From positions 64,001 to 128,000 of the forward strand of contig CAWHXP010000011.1 of the NCBI GenBank assembly GCA_963833425.1: a DNA stretch of 64,000 nucleotides, in the 5' to 3' direction. The position numbers and the translations under genes were made by a program. The notes below the pieces were generated by a model that was not told the DNA's origin, did not search any database, and saw nothing but the letters and a program-made list of their open reading frames with translations. Positions 59,398 to 64,000 of this stretch are shown in pieces. Source of the DNA: an uncultured Methanosarcinaceae archaeon (GTDB taxonomy: Archaea; Halobacteriota; Methanosarcinia; Methanosarcinales; Methanosarcinaceae). Within the stretch, counting starts at the first letter, position 1, and each line of letters begins with the position of its first letter.

Positions 59398-59805
59398 TTG
59401 ACTGAAGGAACAACTAATCTCGTCAAATGCCATGTTTGCGGGGGTGAACTGGAAAGAGAAGATGTTATTGAGGAAGAAGGCGAGATTTTCTGTGAGGACT
59501 GTTACATAGAGAGCCATCATAAAATCCAGGCTTGTAATCCCTGGGCTGTCCGTTCAAAAAAAAAATTTAGGGAAGAAGCTGGGTTTGAAGGAACCGAAGG
59601 ACTGACTGAGCTGCAAAAAGCCATTTATGAATTCATCGTCTCGAGTGGCGGAGTAAAAAAGGAAGAAATTGCAAAAAAATTTGAGATATCTTTATTAGAA
59701 ACGGAAAATCAATTTGCTCTTCTGAGACATTGCGAACTGGTTAAAGGGCAAAAAAGGGCAGATGGTATATACATTGTACCTTTCGAAAATAAATATGTCC
59801 CATGA
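59398..59805 (+). CDS. Hypothetical zinc-finger plus winged-helix-like protein
   Basis: CHVC...CEDC, CNPWAV and LTELQKAIYEFI...LRHCELV; AGGTG RBS. Confidence 0.75.
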   Translation: MTEGTTNLVKCHVCGGELEREDVIEEEGEIFCEDCYIESHHKIQACNPWAVRSKKKFREEAGFEGTEGLTELQKAIYEFIVSSGGVKKEEIAKKFEISLLETENQFALLRHCELVKGQKRADGIYIVPFENKYVP

Positions 59806-60732
59806 GCGTCTTAAAAATTGTTTAAACATGACTGAAATATATTTCTAAAGCAGGAACAATAAACCTAAAAGGACTATAAAAATATTTGGAATAGCTCTAA
59901 GTAACTACTTTTTTTCAAGATGTTGTTTACACCTATTTTATTTTCTAAAAGCAGTGGTAGTATATCATTAATTGTTGATGTCTTAATGATCAAATTTTCA
60001 GTTTAATAATGCTACATTTTTATTCATTGTAACAGGTCTGCCTTTGCATCACAGAAGGTGGAATAAAAAGGCTTGAAGGTGAATTCTGCCGTAAGCATTC
60101 CAGTTTTTATGAATTCCATTTTATTCTTGTTAAACCTTTTTGATGCTGAACAAACTACATCTGCCGTTTTTCATATCTCAACAAAAAAACCAGCTTTTCT
60201 GTAATGTTCTCCTTGATTAACTAAAAAATCTGTAATCAGCAAGTAAGTCTACGATCACCCTTACCATCCAATCAGCAAGATTTGTTTTAAGGATAAGGTT
60301 CATGTGGGTAATTCAAGGCCTGGAGTGGTTCATAACATGCCAGCCTCTGCTCCAGGTAACTTCTTTGGTTAGTGAAACCATGTGATAATGTATTTTGTAT
60401 ACACAATAATTCACATACCCAAATTCCATTTACATTCCAAAGGTAGCTAAAGCATAAATCCGTTAGTTAATAAAGTTTCTAAGGAAAATTTCCATCCCCG
60501 CAAGAATCTACAAGGTCTTCAAATAAAATCAAACTTATCAGGAATCTTAAATTATATTTGATATTATTTTATGTGCTAAATATCAATTATTTTACAAAAA
60601 TAAATGAATGCTTCTATACAAACTATAATGCCTCTATATAAAACTATTATACATGATAATATTTGTACGTACAATTTGTTGGGAAAAAGAAAAGGGGATA
60701 TTTTAAAGTTATGTTTTTTATTCAAAGCCCAA

Positions 60733-61500
60733 TGAGTACAGAAGAAGAAAAAGAAGTATCTATTATAATTGAGCTATTTCAGAAGTTCTCGTCAAGTGGA
60801 GATGGATTTAGTGCTGCAGAGGCAAAAAAGAGGCTTCAAACATACGGGCGTAACAATATAGCAGAAAAGAAAACCAATCCTATTTTCAAATTTTTAAGCT
60901 ATTTTTGGGGCCCCATTCCATGGATGATTGAGATTGAGTAGTCCTTTCTGCAATTTTGCATCGTTTGGAGGATTTTTCGATTATTCTTACACTTTTGATA
61001 CTAAATGCCATAGTAGTTTTCTGGCAGGAATACAATAGCAGATAATGCTATTGAATTATTGAAGCAGAAGCTGGCCTTGAAGGCGCGGGTACGTCGGGAT
61101 AACAAATGGATTGAAGTCTCTGCCAGTGAAATAGTACCTGGAGATTTAATTCGCTTTCTTTTGGGGAATATCTTTCCTGCGGATATTAAACTCACAGACG
61201 GAGATTACCTGCTGGTAGATGAGTCCGCATTAACCGGAAAATCTCTCCCTGTAGAAAAACATATCTTTTATATCGCATACTCCGGTTCCATTATTCGGCA
61301 AGGAGAAATGAATGCACTGGTAGTTGCCATTGGGATGAGCACTTTTTTTGGCAAAACTGCACGGCTTGTAGAGGAGGCAAAAACTCAGAGTCATTTTCAG
61401 AAGCTGTTATCAAGATAGGCAATTATCTGATAGCTTTTGCTCTCATACTTGTAATGCTTGTATTTATAGTAGTGTTTCGACGTCATGAAAGTCTTTTTTG
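60733..61500 (+). pseudogene. Truncated proton-efflux P-type ATPase (type IIIA)
   Basis: YGRN.I.EKK, YFWGPIPWMIE, VPGDLI, PADIKL, VDESALTGKSLPV, TFFGKTA, SHFQK; frameshifted and ends before the DKTGT domain. Confidence 0.88.
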
Positions 61501-62149
61501 TAAAATGAGTATATAAATACAAGACGGTTCTTCTACCCGCCCAAATCCTTATTTTTCATGCCTTAGTCTCAGAAACTCGTGATTTAGACGACATCCCTCA
61601 AGAAAGAGTGGTAACTATTCGGCTACCATAATTAATCTATTGATGTTTTTTGAGTTGTCATAAATGTGTCATCATTAGCTAGTTCAAAACGAGATTCCAT
61701 AACGAAAAGATTCTTTAGATCCCGTGTTTCCGATCAACAGTCAATCGTTTTGTATATGGGGCCCTAGCCGGTCTATCGAAAGCAGTGATACTGAGACGAA
61801 GAAATGGGAAGAAAATCTTTAACCGAGTTTCAATTCTAGTTCATAACATTTTTCTTTGTGGCTACATATGTTTTTTACTTTACAATGTATTTTTTTGGAA
61901 TTGTATCGGAATCCGGAATAAAAATTTTTCTTATGAAATAATAATCGGATAAACAAACTATCTTCGGCTCTCTGTCTTCGGCTTTGTTTATTCTGTTTGG
62001 ATATTGGAAGCATTCGGATTATTAGCTTTTTATGTGTGATACCAAATACACAGATACTTATAATATATTAAATATCAAATAATATTGATTGAGAATCCTT
62101 ATTTAGAGAGGTTAAATTCTTTATTTTATGAGTAATTGCTTCCCTGCAG

Positions 62150-62828
62150 AACCCGAGAAAAAAGGAGTGATTCCGGAAGCTACTTTTATCCATTATAGAT
62201 CTAGATAACACAGAAATGGATGTATTTCGATAAAATGAAGCAAAAACAAGAGAAACAGAACCTGAGCCTTGGAAAAAATGATATCAAGGTACAATTTGAT
62301 TAAACTTCATAGCATAATGGACAAAGATTTTTAACTTATCAGAGGATTCAAAACAACCATTGCATCACTTTATTATTTCAGGTATATTTGTCAGAAAAAT
62401 GAAGTGGTTTACAGAGACAGAGGATACTTTAGGGCAAAATCAAAAGTTGTGATGCGCCAATGAAAAGAGCAATAAAAGTATACCCTATGAGAATGAGTAG
62501 TATATTATAAAACAAGAGTATAAGCTCAAAAAGAGCTCAGGAAAAAAGATTATGCAGTAACTAAAAAGATATTCAAACCAGAATAAGTTTTTGTCACTAC
62601 TGTTCAAAGAGTAACTCCAAAGATGTTGTGTACAGCTTTTTGTTATAATCTCCATCAATTGAGGACATTGAAAATAAAAAAAGTATATTGAAGATAGCGG
62701 AAGCTATCTTTAAAATCAAAGAATTGAGACTAAAGTAAAGCCAAAAAGAGGAATTAAATAGAGAAATTAGGGGAAGATCTGAGAAATTCCTGCTAAGAAA
62801 TAAAATCCGAAGTTTGTCGAAATCCTCT
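62150..62828 (+). mobile_element. IS5-family remnant (3' half plus right end)
   Basis: NEVVYRDRGYF and CTAFCYNLHQLRTLKIKKV; ends GTTTGTCGAAATCCTCT. Confidence 0.85.
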
Positions 62829-63277
62829 ATAATTTTAGGTTCGATTGACTTTTTTGATAAACTTTCCAGTGGTTGAATTCGATCTTTTATTTTAATCGCC
62901 TTTTTAAAATTCCGTTTTTCCTGCTATGTACCATTTTAACGCAAAGTATCTTCATTAATGTCATAACTTTAATACTTGATATAGTTGCCACCCTGTATTT
63001 TTATTTCTTTCCCTGTTATATATATAGCTACTTCAATTCTGGTAGCTTCCAGATCTTCCCAGCAAGATTTCCTTAATATTCTAACCTTCTGGATGTATCC
63101 TTCATGTATCGTTCATTCGAAGTCCACAAACCTCAGGGCTTCAATATCTCCTATTTTGAGAGATCTTTTATCAAATCTATGGGGAATAAGCAGCTATAGA
63201 GGTTCGAAGCAGGATAAAAAACTCTAATATCCCTAAGACTATACAGATCCCTAATAAATAAATCAATTTGAAACCTC

Positions 63278-63529
63278 TTAATTTCTCTTATGTATTTCAA
63301 GCCAATCTATAACTTTAGGCCAGAGAGATAGTGAAATTATCATTGTAATTGCCAAAACAAAAATTGAGCCTGCAACTATATCTACTTGAGTATAAGCCGC
63401 TCTTCCCCTGATTACATTGGTTGAAATAGCTCCTAAAAGAAAGAAAATTACAAGCACTATTGACGTGACAATGCTTGCTAAAAGCACTGATCTAGGCTTA
63501 TTAACCTCGTATCTAGATTTTACCATAGA
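63278..63529 (-). CDS. Small two-TM membrane protein
   Basis: Two hydrophobic segments; AGGTG RBS before MVKSRYE; downstream of the heavy-metal ATPase. Confidence 0.65.
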   Translation of the reverse strand, partial: SMVKSRYEVNKPRSVLLASIVTSIVLVIFFLLGAISTNVIRGRAAYTQVDIVAGSIFVLAITMIISLSLWPKVIDWLEIHKRN

Positions 63530-63713
63530 TCTCACCTTCAATTTCTGGGATTTCAAAATTCTTCAAACGTCATTTTAAACCTCTTCTCAGGGAAATAGAC
63601 TTATACGTAGAGAAATTTTGTCAGCAATTATCTTCATACTTATTTTCCGTTTTTCCTTCAAATATATTCCAAACAAACTTTAGATGAATCAACTTTAAAA
63701 CTATTTTCATAAT

Positions 63714-64000
63714 TTATTTAATTCTGCTTCGTTTCATTAGCAAGGAATTGGTCGTTACCGAAACTGAACTAAGTGCCATGAAAGCGGCAGCGAGTTCAGG
63801 TGTAATCAGAATCCTGTGAAAAAAGGGATACAGAATTCCTGCTGCAATAGGGATGCCTATCGTATTGTATCCAAAAGCCCAGAGTAAATTCTGCCTGATC
63901 TTGTTTATGGTAAGCCGGCTCAATTTAAGGGCTGCAACCACATCCTTCGGATCATTTCTTATGAGAACGATTTTTGCGGATTCCATTGCAACATCTGTGC
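63714..64000 (-). CDS. copA: Copper-type heavy-metal P1B ATPase, C-terminal end (continues beyond the window)
   Basis: DVAMESA.IVL, KIRQNLLWAFGYN, GIPIAAG and AMALSSVSV-like motif (YN/MxxSS of P1B-1). Confidence 0.88.
   Translation of the reverse strand, partial: TDVAMESAKIVLIRNDPKDVVAALKLSRLTINKIRQNLLWAFGYNTIGIPIAAGILYPFFHRILITPELAAAFMALSSVSVTTNSLLMKRSRIK

Overview
Low-GC archaeal DNA whose gene content points to Methanosarcina (MCR activation component A2, FmdE, DUF2124, fused Kae1-Bud32, rps17e-dapA-dapB, fba-pyk). Housekeeping blocks alternate with decayed accessory DNA rich in IS6 and IS5 remnants, several MITE families and pseudogenes. The best candidate for an undescribed system is an operon-like cluster at 7227-13029: acyl/aminoacyl carrier protein, adenylation enzyme, PP-loop amidotransferase-like enzyme, NadE-like paralog, DUF362-ferredoxin and a hexapeptide acyltransferase. 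This looks like carrier-protein-dependent chemistry in an archaeon, possibly for glycan modification. The second candidate is a composite-transposon-like unit (13087-18721) in which two inverted, near-identical dead IS6 copies flank a calpain-family protease, a small propeptide-like partner gene and a ~50-bp tandem array. Several otherwise intact conserved genes, including essential rps15, carry single-base indels. This suggests sequencing/assembly error on top of real pseudogenisation, so frameshift calls need read-level checking. All product calls come from motif recognition by eye; no database searches were run.
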